Notes: generated from the sequence alone by a model not told the origin. Shown: positions 1 through 15,003, counted from the first letter of the stretch. The stretch: 64,000 bases of DNA from Proteromonas lacertae (GCA_002245135.1 NGBS01001170.1:1-64000), one strand, 5' to 3'. A program made the numbers and translations.

Positions 1-13
1 ACTGCTGAAAAGT

Positions 14-253
14 ATGGTAAGTAGTAAAGTCTCTATAGCATCGTTGTTTGATAATCTGGATGATGATGATGATTATAATGATGATGATGACAACAAGTTG
101 TTAAAGATGTCATCCACCAAAGAAAAGTGCAGTACATCTAAAGCTCCAAGATTCAAAAGAAAGAAGACCAATCAGAAAAGAAATTCAAACAGAAAGGAAG
201 AAGACACCAGTACAGAGGAAGATGAGGATGCTGATAACTTCTCCAATATATAG
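14..253 (+). CDS. Acidic/basic low-complexity ORF fragment, function unknown
   Basis: Coding-like D/E and K/R tracts. An acidic reading continues past the stop in another frame, so this may be an error-affected partial gene. Confidence 0.3.
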   Translation: MVSSKVSIASLFDNLDDDDDYNDDDDNKLLKMSSTKEKCSTSKAPRFKRKKTNQKRNSNRKEEDTSTEEDEDADNFSNI

Positions 254-749
254 TAGATGATGATGATGAGGAGCCAGAGTACCAAAATGATTATTAATCT
301 CTGGTCCTAATTGGTTCAAATGATATATTGTGTTTGTGTGGGAGTGTTGCTTTCATAATTTACATAATTAATTAGCATTATAACAAGTCTTATAAGAAAA
401 ATTTCAATAATAGAAAAATAGATGCGTTTCAAAAGCGATTTGGCTTGAATTCCATTTTTTTTTTTATTTGATATAGGATGGCCACTATATGGTGTCATAT
501 CACACAGTATGGTGGCCATCCTATCTATCATTGTTTTTTGAATTTTTTAAAGAAAATTAAATTTCGATTATGATCAGAAAGTCAAACTAAGGGCATATAT
601 GAGCCAGCATAAATAGAGAAATCGATTGATATATTTATTATGCATTAAAAACGTTTCTAAGGGTGAAAAAACAATAGGGGGAAATCAATACAAAAAATAC
701 AAAAAAAATAGGGGTTTCAAATTGTACTCATTTCCCCCTTTCTTTCATT

Positions 750-2721
750 ATTATTGATTCTGGATCATCCAAGTTCACATTAAGTTCAACAGGTAGTAAT
801 ACTGGTCCTCCAAAAGTAGTTGAGAATGATTTATCTAAGAAGTCGACACCGTATTAATTTCAATGTTATAAACTTCTAGGTAGTCAAAAGGAAGTAGATT
901 AATGGGAAATCAAGCTGAATCTATAGTATTTATTTAATAGATATATTATAGCAAAAAATACAATCAACTGTTCATTCTTTCCTCGATTTATTTGGAAATA
1001 TAAACTCGAAATGATATTGAATATACCATTACATTCACCAGATTCGTTGATTAATATAGGTGTTAATGGAATAGGATTTATGTGATAATACTATATATAC
1101 GATTGATCAAATAGAATACATGTTTATAAATAAAATAATGGAACAATTAAAAAAAGAGACATAAATTATCCTTTTAATCTATGTTTATCTGTTCCATCTT
1201 ATATAGACAAATTCAAACAGAGTTTGTTATATAGTTTATATAATTTAAATGGAATAAATAATATCGAAATAATACCAAACTATATAAGTAGTAGTTTATG
1301 TTATGGTTATGAAAATGACAGTCAACTAAATGAGAATGAAAATCGAAAGATAATTCTAATGGATATAGGATATAATAACAGTGAGATTAGTGTAATAGAA
1401 TATACGAAAGTATATATAATTGTAATATAATGGTGAATAGGGTAAATGTGAGATAATAAATCATGTGAGTGATAATAGTTTAGGAGGTAATGAAATTGAT
1501 AATATACTGGTTAATTATTTTTACCCCAAAATTGTTAAGTATAGCCAAGATAATAATATGCAGCTAAAATCAGATAAAAAAAATGTTTCAAAAATAAAGA
1601 ATGTATTAGTCAGTAACAAATGTAAATTGTCAGCATCTGGAGCTTCAGAAGTATATTTTCTTATTCTATTTCATTTTTAGATTCTGTTGTTATTGATGAT
1701 ATTCTAATTAATGAAGGAGATCTTGAAGACTATAATGACACATTATCAGTTAATGAATTATCGTCGTTTCTAAAAGAGAATCACATCAATGACAAATTGT
1801 TATATCTATTCAAAAGAGCAATCACAATAAATGGACGAAGAATCAATAATATAAATGAATATGCTGTTCTTATTAATGGAGGATCAAGTAGAATTCCATT
1901 TATACAAAGAATAATAGAAGAGTATTGTAATACTGTTGGTATTACACTTCCCATTATTCAAACTCTCAACTTAGACGAATCTAATAGTTTAGGTTCTAGT
2001 TATTACGGTTTAATAAAATCAGGAATATGGAATTATGAAGTGGTTGACGAATCAATGATGTTTAGAATCAATGAAAATGAAAGAATTAGTAGCTTAATAA
2101 GCAAAATGTATTATAGTTTATGTGATTTTATATAGAAACAAAGGGAATGGTGATGCTAATAAGATAAAATGTTATAATCTTTTGTATGTGTGTGATTTAT
2201 TAAGTGATGAAAATTACAATATGTTAATGGATTGTATAGATGGTAATATAACACCAGATGCAATGCCAGTGTATATTTATGTGTTTATTTTTTTATTAGG
2301 AATGACAGTCCAAATATTGGCTTTTATCCACTCATAAGTGAAGAAAGCAGTGAAACTATTCAAAATAGTTACGAAAGAGATAAGCAACAGAATAACATCA
2401 TTGAACATCTTATTGATATGTTCATTAGAAGTGTATATATTATTATTTATATTGTTTTAGTATGAAACAATAAACATATATAACCAGCTTTCATGTCTGT
2501 ATGAATTATTAGTATAGTTATTATTATTTAGGGATTATATCTTCATCAAACTCAATACATACAAGTTATATGACAATGACGTTTATTCAGAATTATTCAA
2601 CAGATATGAAGAATCATATGATGAAATGAAAAAAAATGAGAATAAGATCTTATCAGAAAATACAACAATCGAAGATATGAATGAGTGTAATAAAGAAATA
2701 AATGTATATATTAAAATGATA

Positions 2722-2752
<31 letters not shown>

Positions 2753-3780
2753 GAGTTATATCAATGATTATAATGATATAATATTGAAAGATATAAGTGA
2801 GATGTTAGAAAAGAAAGAAGAAAATGAAAAATTAATGAAAATCATGAAAGATAATCTAAACTATTTAAAACTATTAAATCTAATAGAATATGAGAAAAAT
2901 AATGATATAGATTTAAAAGATGAAATACCTTCAATGGAATATTCAATGGAAGAATATAAAAGTAAAATGGAAATACTGAAAGAATTAGACTGTGAAATGT
3001 TACTAGAGAAAAGTGATATAATACTAAACAACTATAAAGAGAGTATAATATGTAATATATGTAATGAGAATGTATGAATATATATATATATATATATATA
3101 TATGTTAATATAATGTAATGAATAATAGATAAATGAGATAAAGCTAAAAATGATAAAATATAATACGATAAAAGAAGAAATGTATAAGTTAGAAGAAAAA
3201 GATAGATTTAATCTAATAAACAAATCAATATTATTGAAACTATACATAGAAATGAACAATTTAGATTTACAAAAGAGTGATCAAGAAATACTTGAGATTC
3301 TACTAACCAAATTAAAAAAGATAAATCAATTTTTAGATAATTGGAAAAATGTGAATAATATAAAAGAAGAATTAAAGAATAATATAAATGAAATAAACAA
3401 ATTCAGTTTAAAAGAGACTGATATAAGTGTATTACTGAAAGAAGAAGACTATGATGATAATACAATAAATACAATATTAGAAAGAGTATTAGATGAGATA
3501 GAAGTAAAATATGTGAGAGATATAATTCCCAAAATGGATATACATATGTATATATTTGATGAATATAATGAATAGAAATATGTTAAAGAACATATTAATG
3601 AGAAATGAATATGAACTTCGAGAAAGCAAGCTAATAATTGACTTAGATGATATAGAAAAGAAGAATGAGAATATATATGATATAAATATAAACAAACTAT
3701 GTGAACTAAAAGAGAATTATAACTATTTGAATGAGATGAATTCAATACTGTCAATAAAAGAGATAGATGAATTAAACTTG

Positions 3781-3811
<31 letters not shown>

Positions 3812-4139
3812 TTTAAATAGAAAAGAATTAATAAATGAAATATTATGTTATGATGATGAGAGTTGTAAAGAGAACTTGATGAAAATGCAAGAGATGAAAG
3901 AAAAGAGAGTGATAGATTTATCATTATTGTATTCAATAAAAGTATAATATATATATATAATAATAATAAAATGAAATAGCATAAAATATATTATAAGAAA
4001 TTATACTTAAATGAATATCCATTCATATTGAAAGAAGAAAATACATTAAATAGATATATGTACAATAAGATAGACAGTAGAATGAGTTTGAGAGATATAA
4101 AAAAGAAAATACTTCAACTGAAACATATATCTAAAATTC

Positions 4140-4178
<39 letters not shown>

Positions 4179-6631
4179 GATGATATATTAATGATATTAG
4201 ATAATCGAATTATTTCCTAAAATGAAAGGAGAGATAAGTTTAATGAGTGAATATTTTAATAGTTACAATATCAATGTGAATAATCTGTATATCAATAATG
4301 ATCCAATCACCAACACCAATTACATAGATGTATATAATCTGAAAGAAATAATAGAAAACTTATTGACAATAATGTGTAAAATGAGTGATATGATGAAAGA
4401 AAATAGATTCAAAAATTTCGAGATTGAAAATGAAATACTGAAAATAATAATAAACAAATTATTAAAAGTAGAAAAGAATGACTCAATGGAATGTAATGAC
4501 TATATAATGAGATTAATAAATCGTTTATTAAAGACATTGATATATTTTTCCAATTACAAATATTTGATAAACAAAATCACATTCAACAATATCATTTATG
4601 ATTATTTGTTATATATTGATGATGAAGAGAAGAAGCTACAGGAATTGAATGACAATTACAATGCATTTGCTGAAATGCGTAATAATTTGGAATCTATGTT
4701 ATATGCATATCAAAAAGAGGATATAACAACTGAATTTGCAGAAAAAGTAGAAATGATGTTGCTGGAGTTGAATCAAGGGAAATTTAAATCAATAGAAGAG
4801 ATAGAAAATGTAATTGAAGATTTAAAGAACAATTATGAAACAAATTCACCAGAAGTAGAGGAAAATGAGAATGAAGATAATAAAGAAGATGATGAAGAGG
4901 ATTATAATAATAACCAACTAAACAACGGCATACATTTGCCATTACCAAAAGAAGAGAAAGAAAATGATTCTGAGAATAAAATCACTCAAGAAGATCAGGA
5001 TATATCAACTCCATTATTAAATTCTATTGATGATAATGGAAAACCTCCTTTCTTAAGATACAACAAAAATCACAATCAACTATCATCAAGCCAGTTTGAT
5101 GATGCAACAAATATATCTACACCTCAATCCATATTGAGAGAAGATGATGAAGGTAAAACAACAACCCATTTGAAGAAGAGCAAATCCGTTAGATTTGATG
5201 AATCAGTAAACACTACAGATGATATTACTCCACTAACAACACCAAGACTTAAACCTTTTACAAACAATAGAAAATCTGATATTTCAACACCAAGAATTGC
5301 TGCTACTTCAACTTCATCTCATCCGTTATTAAGAATGTCGACTCCTTCAATATCTTCTCCATTTGTAAGTATTGATGATGATACTTTAAATGGAAATGAA
5401 GATGATACTGCTGATGTTCCTCCATGTAATTGTTACATACCAAACAACCAAGAAGTATTATTACATTGTACATGTGAAAAATATACTCACTCTTATTTGT
5501 ATAATTACATAGTTGTAAATATTATTATTTAGGATCGAAATAAGAACAGAAGACTTTGAAAATATGAAAATCGAAAGTGATAATGTTGCATTTTATGGAA
5601 CATACAAAAAGAAGGATAAAGTGTTATATATCAGTTATGTTGATCCAGATAAACTGTGGAGATATGAAGTAGGAACAATATGTAGAGCAAGAGATGCAGC
5701 AGATGAATATACTATTAGTTTAAATGCTGATCCAGGAGAGAAGCCAATCAAAGCTCATATGTATGAAATAAGACAATATTGTGGTGAAAGTAAAAGAAAA
5801 GGATATAGAGTAGGTGATTATATATCTTTTGTGGATAAGAAACAGAGGAATAGAAGAGGAATTATATGTAAAATAGTATCAAAAGTGGAAAATAATGAAA
5901 TATATAATGTATTGATAGAGAATGGAACATTAGAGAAAGGTGTTGCTTTATTTCAAATAAGTACAGTCGAATTCTTCATTGGACAAAGTGTTTTCTTTTT
6001 TAGTGATAATAAAGATACGTTAAGAAATGGTATTATAGAAGAAATTAATGATAAAAATGAAGCAAAAATAAAATCCAAAAATGAAGAGTGTAGTAGTATT
6101 AATTTAAAGTATGTGAAACATAAGAATCATTTTAAATACGAAGTTGGAAGTGAAGTATATTGTAAAACAGAAAATCATTATCAAATATATTATGCAGGAA
6201 GAATAAATGCAATAAAGAGTGATGGAAGTTATGTTGTTTTGTTTTTGACTGATGAAATAATGAGATGTACAATACGATATGAATATCTCCTTCCTCACAT
6301 GGATTATCACGACTATTTCATTAGTGAGTTTGTGGTTGTGAAAGAAACACAAAAAACTGTAGTAATTAATGACAAAGTGGATAAATATCACTATAATGTA
6401 AGGGATTTAGGAACAAATGACTATTATACAGTGCAAGTTACTGAAATATCTCATATTCCTTTGAAAGTGAATGATTTTGATTCAGTATATTATTGCGATC
6501 CAAGTGGTTTATATCCAGCAGTAATAACCAGAATAGATGAAAAAGCAAAAGTTTGCTCAGGAAAATTGAAATTAGATCAGAGTGGTTTTGATAAAATACA
6601 ATCATACCACTTCAAAAAGTTGCATGTTTAA
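750..6631 (+). CDS. Large multi-exon Hsp70/Hsp110-like protein with a coiled-coil middle and C-terminal tandem Tudor/KOW-like beta repeats; start not resolved
   Basis: Hsp70 NBD motifs IDSGSS..VVENDLSKKSTP, MDIGYNNS, LGGNEIDNILV and INGGSSRIPFIQ, plus lid-like AEMRNNLESMLY. Short GT-AG introns (1410-1440, 2108-2135, 2271-2299, 2499-2531, 5499-5532) join the ORFs in frame. Frame breaks near 880 and 1681. Confidence 0.65.
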
Positions 6632-6727
6632 ATAATCATATTTTAGAATATTAATATTTACCTTATTTATCATTTCTTATTTTTAAATATTTCAAAATTT
6701 ATATTCGTTTCACTTTTTAAATTTTAA

Positions 6728-8651
6728 ATGCCTAAGCTATCCCAGAGACATTCAAGAGAAAATGATTTGCCAGATAATACAAATCATAGAGTATACCTGT
6801 TTGCGATCATTTTAATTAGGCTTCTCTGAAGATTAGAGAGAATAATTACGCTTCATGCAGAACAACACGTAGCAATATCAATAAAGTATAGTATTCTCAT
6901 AATACATTATAGAGAGCTAGTATCAGTGCGATATTGAAAGATCTGGACTATTCAGCTGAGGAAAGAGTTGATTGCATCATCAGTCTCAGTAGTGCATTAA
7001 ATCAGAATGAAGAATATACCCTACCCCAATTAATTACTCCTGAATACATAGTATAGTATTTTCTAATTATTCATTGTAGAGCATATATATTACTCAACTA
7101 AAAGATGATAATCCTAATGTAATTAGAGAAATCTGTAATTTAATAACTGATTTATCTACTAAACAATTCAATAATTCAATCTCTTTTTTTAATTCTCTAC
7201 TCTCACCTTTGTTAATGAGTTCAATAAGATGTGAATCAAATGTATATATTTAATTGATTATAATGATAGGAAATAAACAATTCTATTAATGATTGTATCA
7301 ATTCCATCATAAAAAACATTCAATCCATTTCGCTTTGTCAAACCATATCAAGCCTTTATGATAAATACCCAGCTCAACGTAAATTCCACGTTAATTGTGC
7401 AAATTACATATTCAATTACATTGATATAGTACCAGAAAGATATATAATTAGAGATATTTTATATTTAGAAGATTGTTTAAAATTGCTATTAAATGATAAA
7501 GATTATAGAGTTAGGGATATTGGTTATGATTGTTTCATCACTTATTACAATAAATATAAAGGACAAGCGTTGAATTTCTATTGTAATTTACCTAATAATG
7601 ATATAATGAAAATAAAATTAAGAATAAGAAATCATTGTAGAGAAATTAAATTACCAAAATCTCATAATCAATTATCTGAATCATTTACTAAATCAGTGTC
7701 TTATATTAAGAATAAAATATATTCACCACGACAACAGAATGATGATAATAATGATGAAGAAATAGAAGAAGAAGATAATAATGAAAGTGTCTTTAGATTT
7801 AAGGATTATTTAGATTTTAAGATAAATGAAGAATATAAGAAATATATATTGATTATTATAATCTCATTTTTAGCATTTGTATATTAATTATTATTATTGT
7901 AATATAGATTGCGTTAGATAAATGTAGTTCATTGTTTGTAATACATAACAGCAATAATGATATGGAAAGCAGTAATATGGAAAATATTTTTAATGATAAT
8001 AGCTTAATGAATGAATATACAGGTGAAATAGGTGAAAAAGAGATCAAATACAATAATGATGAAGAAGAATCAGTTTTAGATTTTTCTGATGAATTGGAGA
8101 GAATTAAGCAGAAGAGAAAACAGCAATTGCTACAACAACAACAACAACAACAAGAGAATGTAAATAATTATAATAATGATAATATGGAAGATGAAATAAT
8201 AGAAGATAAATATAATAATGATTTTTCACTTAAACATGAAATTATTAAACTAAGTATAGCTGCAGTTGGATTAGCGATTGCAGTTACATACTTTTCAAAG
8301 GCAAATACAACAGTAGAAACTATTACTTCTAAAACTACTAGAAGAGTGAAAAGAATTGTAAAATTAGAGAATAAAAATAAAGTCAATATGTCATTTAAAC
8401 AGTCCAATAATTGCTTAGATGGTGATGAGAATGAATATACCACTCCTACTGCACCTGATTCTGAAATAAGCAATAATTCAAACACAACAGATTCATCTTC
8501 TGTAGAAGGACCTGATTTAGGTTGGATTAATACACCTGTTGCTACTACTAGACGTAGAAGAAGTATTGTTAAGATGAATAATACAACAAGACGTCATTCA
8601 ACTAGATTAATGGAATTGAAAGGTAAGAATTATCAGCTTAATAATATATAA
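6728..8651 (+). CDS. HEAT-repeat (TOG/CLASP-N-like) protein with two hydrophobic helices
   Basis: HEAT-like segments such as LKLLLNDKDYRVRDIGYDCF. Intron 7879-7907 joins to ORF 7932. Hydrophobic segments YILIIIISFLAFIAL and IIKLSIAAVGLAIAVTYF. Confidence 0.5.
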
Positions 8652-8777
8652 GTTAGTGATTCATATATATCTATTCATCTTTATACTTTTTTTTGTTAAA
8701 TTGTTAAATAAACTCGATCTGAGAAATTCGCAAAAGACTTTTTAATTTTTATCTTTTTTTGGACTTTAAACTGATAT

Positions 8778-10410
8778 ATGGAGAAAGCAAACACAACCAC
8801 TACTACAAAGAAGGTGATATCTACAGAAAAATCAGATAGTCAATGTATTTGAAACTTCATTATTCTTATTAGCTAAATCTTCACAAGACAAAGTTAATAA
8901 CAATTCATTAGTAAAAAATGCAGATTGTTCTGATATTGATGATGAAGAATTAGCTCCGGTTCAACCACTAAGAAGAAATTCTGTAACTAGAAAACTACCA
9001 GAAGAAGAAGTAGATATGCCTCCAATTGTAATACCATCAACTAATCAAAATGCACCTGTTAATGCATGGGCTACACAAAGAAAACCATTATCAGAGATAT
9101 TGAAGAGTAAAATTCCAGCTCCAGAATCACCACCAATAGCAGATGCACCTCCAGCACCAAATTTCGAAGAAATAAACATCCCAATACCACCACCTCAACC
9201 ACTATTACCAGCATTAGGTGTAAAAGTCAAAACACCTCCAGTAATACCCAATCATATTAAATCAATGATTCAACATGGTGATAAGCAAATAGATGATGAA
9301 GAAGATATTGATATATCCTTCCCAATAATGAGTGAGCATATATTAGAAAAGAGAGGATTTTATAACTTAGGAAATACTTGCTATTTATCAGCTACATTTC
9401 AAGTATAAATATATATATATATATATATTATTATTATAACTAAATAGATGTTATTAAGTTGTCATCAATTCTTCGATCATTTACGAGAGAATAAAGTGAT
9501 AGATACCTTAAATGAAGAAAAACAACCACTATTAACATCCATAATTAAATACATAAAAGAAATAAGATATTATCCAATAGTCAATTCATATAATTACATT
9601 GGAAGACCATATAAACCATCTAAACTATTTGAAAGTATAAAAGATCCAAGATTTAATATAACAAGTCATATTCAACAAGATTGTCATGAATTTTTATTAT
9701 ATTTATTAACTCAATATGAAGAAGAAACATTAAAATTAACTAATAACAATAAAGAAGAAGAAGAAGAAGAAGAATGGGTTGAAGTAAAAGGAAAGAAAAA
9801 ATCAATAATCAGAAATACTTCTAAAATCGAAAGTTATAGTAATGATATATTCCAAATAACATTAAGAAATGAAAAACAAAAGAATATCACTAAAGGTATA
9901 ATAGATTATGAATATTTATATTGTCTAAGTCTACCAATCACTGAAGATGAAATATATAATGTTGAAGATGCATTATATTACTATATGATTGGTGATAATA
10001 TCAATGTTGAAGATAAAAATAAACCGATTATACAAAGATATAAATTTGAATATTTACCTCCTATTTTATTGATTCATTTAATGAGATTTAATTATTTGAA
10101 GGAATATGGCACTTTTATTAAGATTACAAGACCTGTTGAATATAAACAGAAGTTAGTTATTCCTAGTGAATATTGTTCTCCCAATCTAAACGCATATTAT
10201 AATAATAGTGGTGTAGAGTATAGATTACAGAGTGTAGTTTGTCATCTTGGAGAAGGATTTGAAACTGGACATTATGTTACTTATACTCAGGATATTAACA
10301 GGTTTAATTATATATTTAACGATACAGAGGTGAGATGTGTGAATTTACATCAATTAACAGATAATTCTACAACTAATTATATATTATGTTATGGAAAAGT
10401 TGATAACTGA
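8778..10410 (+). CDS. Ubiquitin-specific protease (USP10/Ubp3-like)
   Basis: Cys box GFYNLGNTCY, QQDCHEFL and His box HLGEGFETGHY..FND. Intron 9403-9447. Confidence 0.9.
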
Positions 10411-10517
10411 GTTAATTCTAATTGTTTTGTGTATTTTTTTGTACAGGTTTGATTCTTAAGTTTGTTTTTAAGTGAAATAGATTCGTTACTTTATTCTGTT
10501 TTGTCGTTTTTATCAGA

Positions 10518-13500
10518 ATGGAAACATTATTGGCAAGATGGTCGATAAGAAAAAAGAACTATGATGTACTTACTAAACGAAAAGCACTAATTAACAAGAT
10601 AACTGAACAGTATTCAGCTGAATATGAGGCTTTTGTTGCTAAAAGAATACTTTCAGCATCAAAAATTGCTGTATTACATCTATATATTTATAAAGATAGG
10701 CTTTATACCATGGTTGGAAAGATAGACAATATGTTCATACTCTCCGTGAAGATCAATATGCTGCTAGAACAGTATATTAATCTCAATCTTAAAATATTAT
10801 AGATTCAAAGAGTGTTTAGAGGTCATATTGGAAGACAAAAATGTGCAACTCTAAGACATGCCAAATTCGGATTATTACCAACGCAAGAAGGAATAGATCA
10901 ATTATTAGCACGTTCTAAAGAAGTAAAAAGAATAGATAATTGGTTTGAATATGAAGATACAACAACATTACAACATTTCTTTTACAACATATCTAGTGGT
11001 GAAAGTACCGTATAAATATATAATAATTATTACTTTATTAATATAGTGGAATCCTCCATCCATATTCAAATCTTCCTTCCGTTGTAACTGGATAGAATGC
11101 AGATTAACGTTTAATACAGAAAAAGACCTCAAAAGACATAAGGTATTATCACATACATGGGAATGTAATGCATGTTTTACACTCAATAATAGTGATAATT
11201 TCCCTATCTGTAGAGTCTGTAAGAACTTTTACACAAACAGTTCAAAGAATTTAATAAGAATGTATGAACATTATATGGATTATTTCAATAATAAAGAACA
11301 ACATTTTTCTACTAAGAGACGACAGAAAATGAGTATAATTCGTAGGAAATCGGTTGCTAAGAAGGCACACGGAAGAATTAAAAGTACAATGGAAGCATTA
11401 GCTTTACAATCATTAGTATATATTATTATATTATTTTTTATAAATATTTGTATAGCAACAAGAAATGAAAGATTATCAAACTGACGAAATGGTTAATGAA
11501 ATGTTAAATAACATGACATTAGAAGAATTCATGAAGACGGATCAATTAGATCCAGATCCACCTGATGATGATATAAATGACCAAATGGAGAAGCCAAAAC
11601 ATAAACTTAATAGAAAAAATAATAATAATAATAATAATAATGGTTCTAATAGAAAAAGTGTATTGTTCTTAGAAAATGAATGTTTAATTATTCCAACTGA
11701 TGGTACAGCATTGACTGAAGAAAGTGTAGAAATATTAAAGAATATAATGAATGAATTTCAATATACAATAAAAGATGGAATTGGTAAAAGAAGATTCCCA
11801 AGTGGAGCTGAATTTGATGGAGAAATAAAAGATGGGAAATTTATAAGAGGAAGTTATATATATCCAAATGGAGATAAGTATATTGGAGAATGGAAAGATG
11901 GAATGAGGCATGGAGATGGAAAATTGGTATTAAGAAATGGAGTTACTTATAGTGGTAGTTGGATCAATAATAAAATAGAAGGATATGGGATAATGATTTA
12001 CAATAATGGTGAAAAATATGAAGGAGAATGGAAGAATGGTAAGATGAATGGAATAGGAGTATTGACTAGTATTAATGGAGATACATATGAAGGAGAATGG
12101 AAAGATGGAAAATATGATGGTCGTGGAATATTTACAAAAAGAAATGGAGATAAATACGAAGGAGAAATACACAACGGAATGGCTGAAGGAAGAGGAACAA
12201 TGAAATATTGTGATGGTTCAATATATATTGGTGAATGGAAGAGAAATAAAAGACATGGTAAAGGTATAGCTAAATATTCAAATGGTTCAACTTATAAAGG
12301 ATATTGGGCTTATGGTCGACAGAATGGTTTTGGCGTTTTAGAATGTATTGATAAACAGAAATATAAAGGAAATTGGAGTAAAGGACAAAGATCAGGTTAT
12401 GGTGTATTTTACTTTAAAAATGGTGATATGTATATTTTTATGTGAATATTTATATATAGTTATGATGGTAATTGGATGAATAATGCTCCACATGGTGAAG
12501 GTAAGTTTACCTGTAGATCATATACTTATGAAGGGAATTGGTTTAACGGTTATAAACATGGAAGAGGTACAATAACCTTCCCTAATACAAATACAAAGTA
12601 TTAATATTGCATTATTTATGTATTGTATTTATAGTTATAATGGAACATTTATTAATAGTAAAATCAATGGTAATGGTACAATGAAGTATAATAATGGAGA
12701 TGTATATACAGGTGATTGGAAGAATTGGCAAAAGAATGGATTTGGTGTGTATAAATGGTCAACTGGAGGTGTTTATAAAGGAAACTTTGTGAATGATGAA
12801 ATGAATGGAAAAGGTGAAATGAAATATGCAAATACAGGAATGTATGAAAATATATTATAATAATTATTTATATTTCTACTCTTTTTTTTAATATTTTAAT
12901 ATATTATTATGTTTTTATAGTTATAATGGTGAATGGAGTCATAATAAACGGCATGGAATAGGTCAAATGATGTTTAGTAATGGAAATGTTTATGATGGAG
13001 AATGGATTGAAGATATAAGAACAGGAAATGGAAAAATGATATACAAAAAGGGTCAAATCTATGAACAATCCTATGAAGGAGATTTTAATAACAATAGACG
13101 AGATGGTTATGGTGTTTATATATATAGTGATGGTAGTAAGTATAATGGACATTGGAAAGATGATATTAGAGATGGAAAAGGTGCTTATATTGATGATAAA
13201 GGTAATATCTATGATGGAATGTTCAAGAATGATATGTGGGAAGGATATGGTATATATAGAGGAGTGGATGGTTCAATTTATGAAGGTGAATGGAGAGATG
13301 GTAAACGTAATGGTAAAGGTATTAATATTGATATTCATAAGGTGAAATATGAAGGATTTTATAAAGATAATATGAAAGAAGGTGTTGGCGTAGAGATATT
13401 TATATCTTTTTTTATTTGTTAATAGATACAATAATTATCTTTAATTTGATATAACCAAATGGTAATATTTATAGAGGAAAGTGGAGAGCTGATGAAAAGG

Positions 13501-13580
13501 TTGGAGAAGGTATATTTATTGCCAATTTGAGAGATAATTCTGAGAAAGATGCATTGAGAGTGACAGTGTTTGGCTATTAA
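10518..13580 (+). CDS. MORN-repeat protein with N-terminal IQ, WW, C2H2 and RanBP2-like zinc-finger motifs
   Basis: Many YxGxWxxGxxxGxG repeats. IQRVFRGHIGR (IQ); WFEYED..FFYN..W.PP (WW); WECNAC..CRVC. The last exon is reached through the U12-type intron at 13402-13454. Confidence 0.85.
13402..13454 (+). other. Putative U12-type intron with AT..AA termini (53 nt)
   Basis: 5' ATATCTTT, branch-like TATCTTTAAT, ends ..GATATAA. Removal gives the intact MORN repeat GVGVEIF/PNGNIYRGKW. Confidence 0.75.
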
Positions 13581-13697
13581 TTGTATTACATATAAATTAA
13601 TATCATTTGTTGTTTGAATGAAAATAAAAACAAAGAATTCCAATTATAAGAAAAATAAATCCGTTTCAACATCTTTTTTTGTTTTATTCAATTTAAG

Positions 13698-14875
13698 ATG
13701 AAGAAGTTAGTATTACTGAGTATTTTTCTAATATTTGTAATTGCATGTAATAACTTTTGTAATGGACATGGTCGATGTGCTGAAAAAGATAAATGTGAGT
13801 GTTTCTTAGGTTGGGGAGGTGCTGACTGCTCATTAAGTATTGTAATATTATATATTTATTTTTAGGATCATGTCCATATGATGACGCCTTTGCAGATGTA
13901 TTATTAGGAGATTTAAATCATGACGGTTCTGTGGCTGGTGATGAAGTAAAAACAGAATGGAGACCACTAAAAGGACTATCTGAAAATCTTAATAGTTATG
14001 TAACTTCAGAAAGAGCACACAGATATGCAGAATGTTCCAATGCTGGTCTATGTGATAGAAGTAAAGGTGATTGTGTATGTTTCCCAGGCTTTGAAGGTAG
14101 TGCATGTCAACGTCGTAGTTGTCCTACCAATATTCCAGGTAAAATGTGTAATGGACATGGTAGTTGTATATCCAGTAATATGATAATTCATGACAAATAT
14201 AATAATAATAAAGATAATATACAAAATCCAATACCATACGCAGGTTGGGAAACTGAGAAATTCTATACATGTAAATGTGATAAAGGATGGGAAGGTATTG
14301 ACTGTAATGCAAGACAATGTCCAATTGGATATGATCCTTTACTATCAAGTACACCATTAACAGCAACAACTGTTCATTATTATATTAAACAAAAAGAATT
14401 GAGATATAAAAATTATTATTTTTATGTTCAATATGATGATGTTGTTTATAATACTCCAATCATTAGAGGAGTTGATATTGATGATAATAGTGATTGTAAT
14501 GATAAAATAATTCATTCAACTAGTTTAGCCAGTGCATATGCTGAAGAAATAAAAAGAGCAATTAGAATAGTACCACCGCTTGTACAATCCAGTGTGCAAT
14601 TGAAATGTGGAGGTGCTAGTGGAAATGAAGTTATTATTGATATTACAGTTGATTATTTGAATTTATTAGTTTATGAAGATTCTGAAATTAAAGCTATTGT
14701 AGATGAAAAAGATAATACTAAGGATGTTAAGGCTGATAAAACACCATTAGATAAAAATAATCAACAGATAGTATGTAGTGGAAGAGGATTATGCAATCCA
14801 AAGAATGGATTATGTGAATGTTTTCAAGGATTTCATGGAGCTGCTTGTGAAAGTCAAAGGACAATTACAATATAA
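13698..14875 (+). CDS. Secreted tenascin-like EGF-repeat protein (copy 1)
   Basis: Signal peptide MKKLVILSIFLIFVIA and CxGxGxC..CxCxxGxxGxxC EGF repeats. Intron 13837-13865. Confidence 0.9.
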
Positions 14876-15003
14876 TAATAATAATAATAATAATAATAAC
14901 AGAAATACTTACTATTTATTGATATATATATTACATTTGTGTTTTTTTTATTCTGAGCAAATCAAGATTTATAAAATGCATTCACTTAACAATCTAGATA
15001 ATA

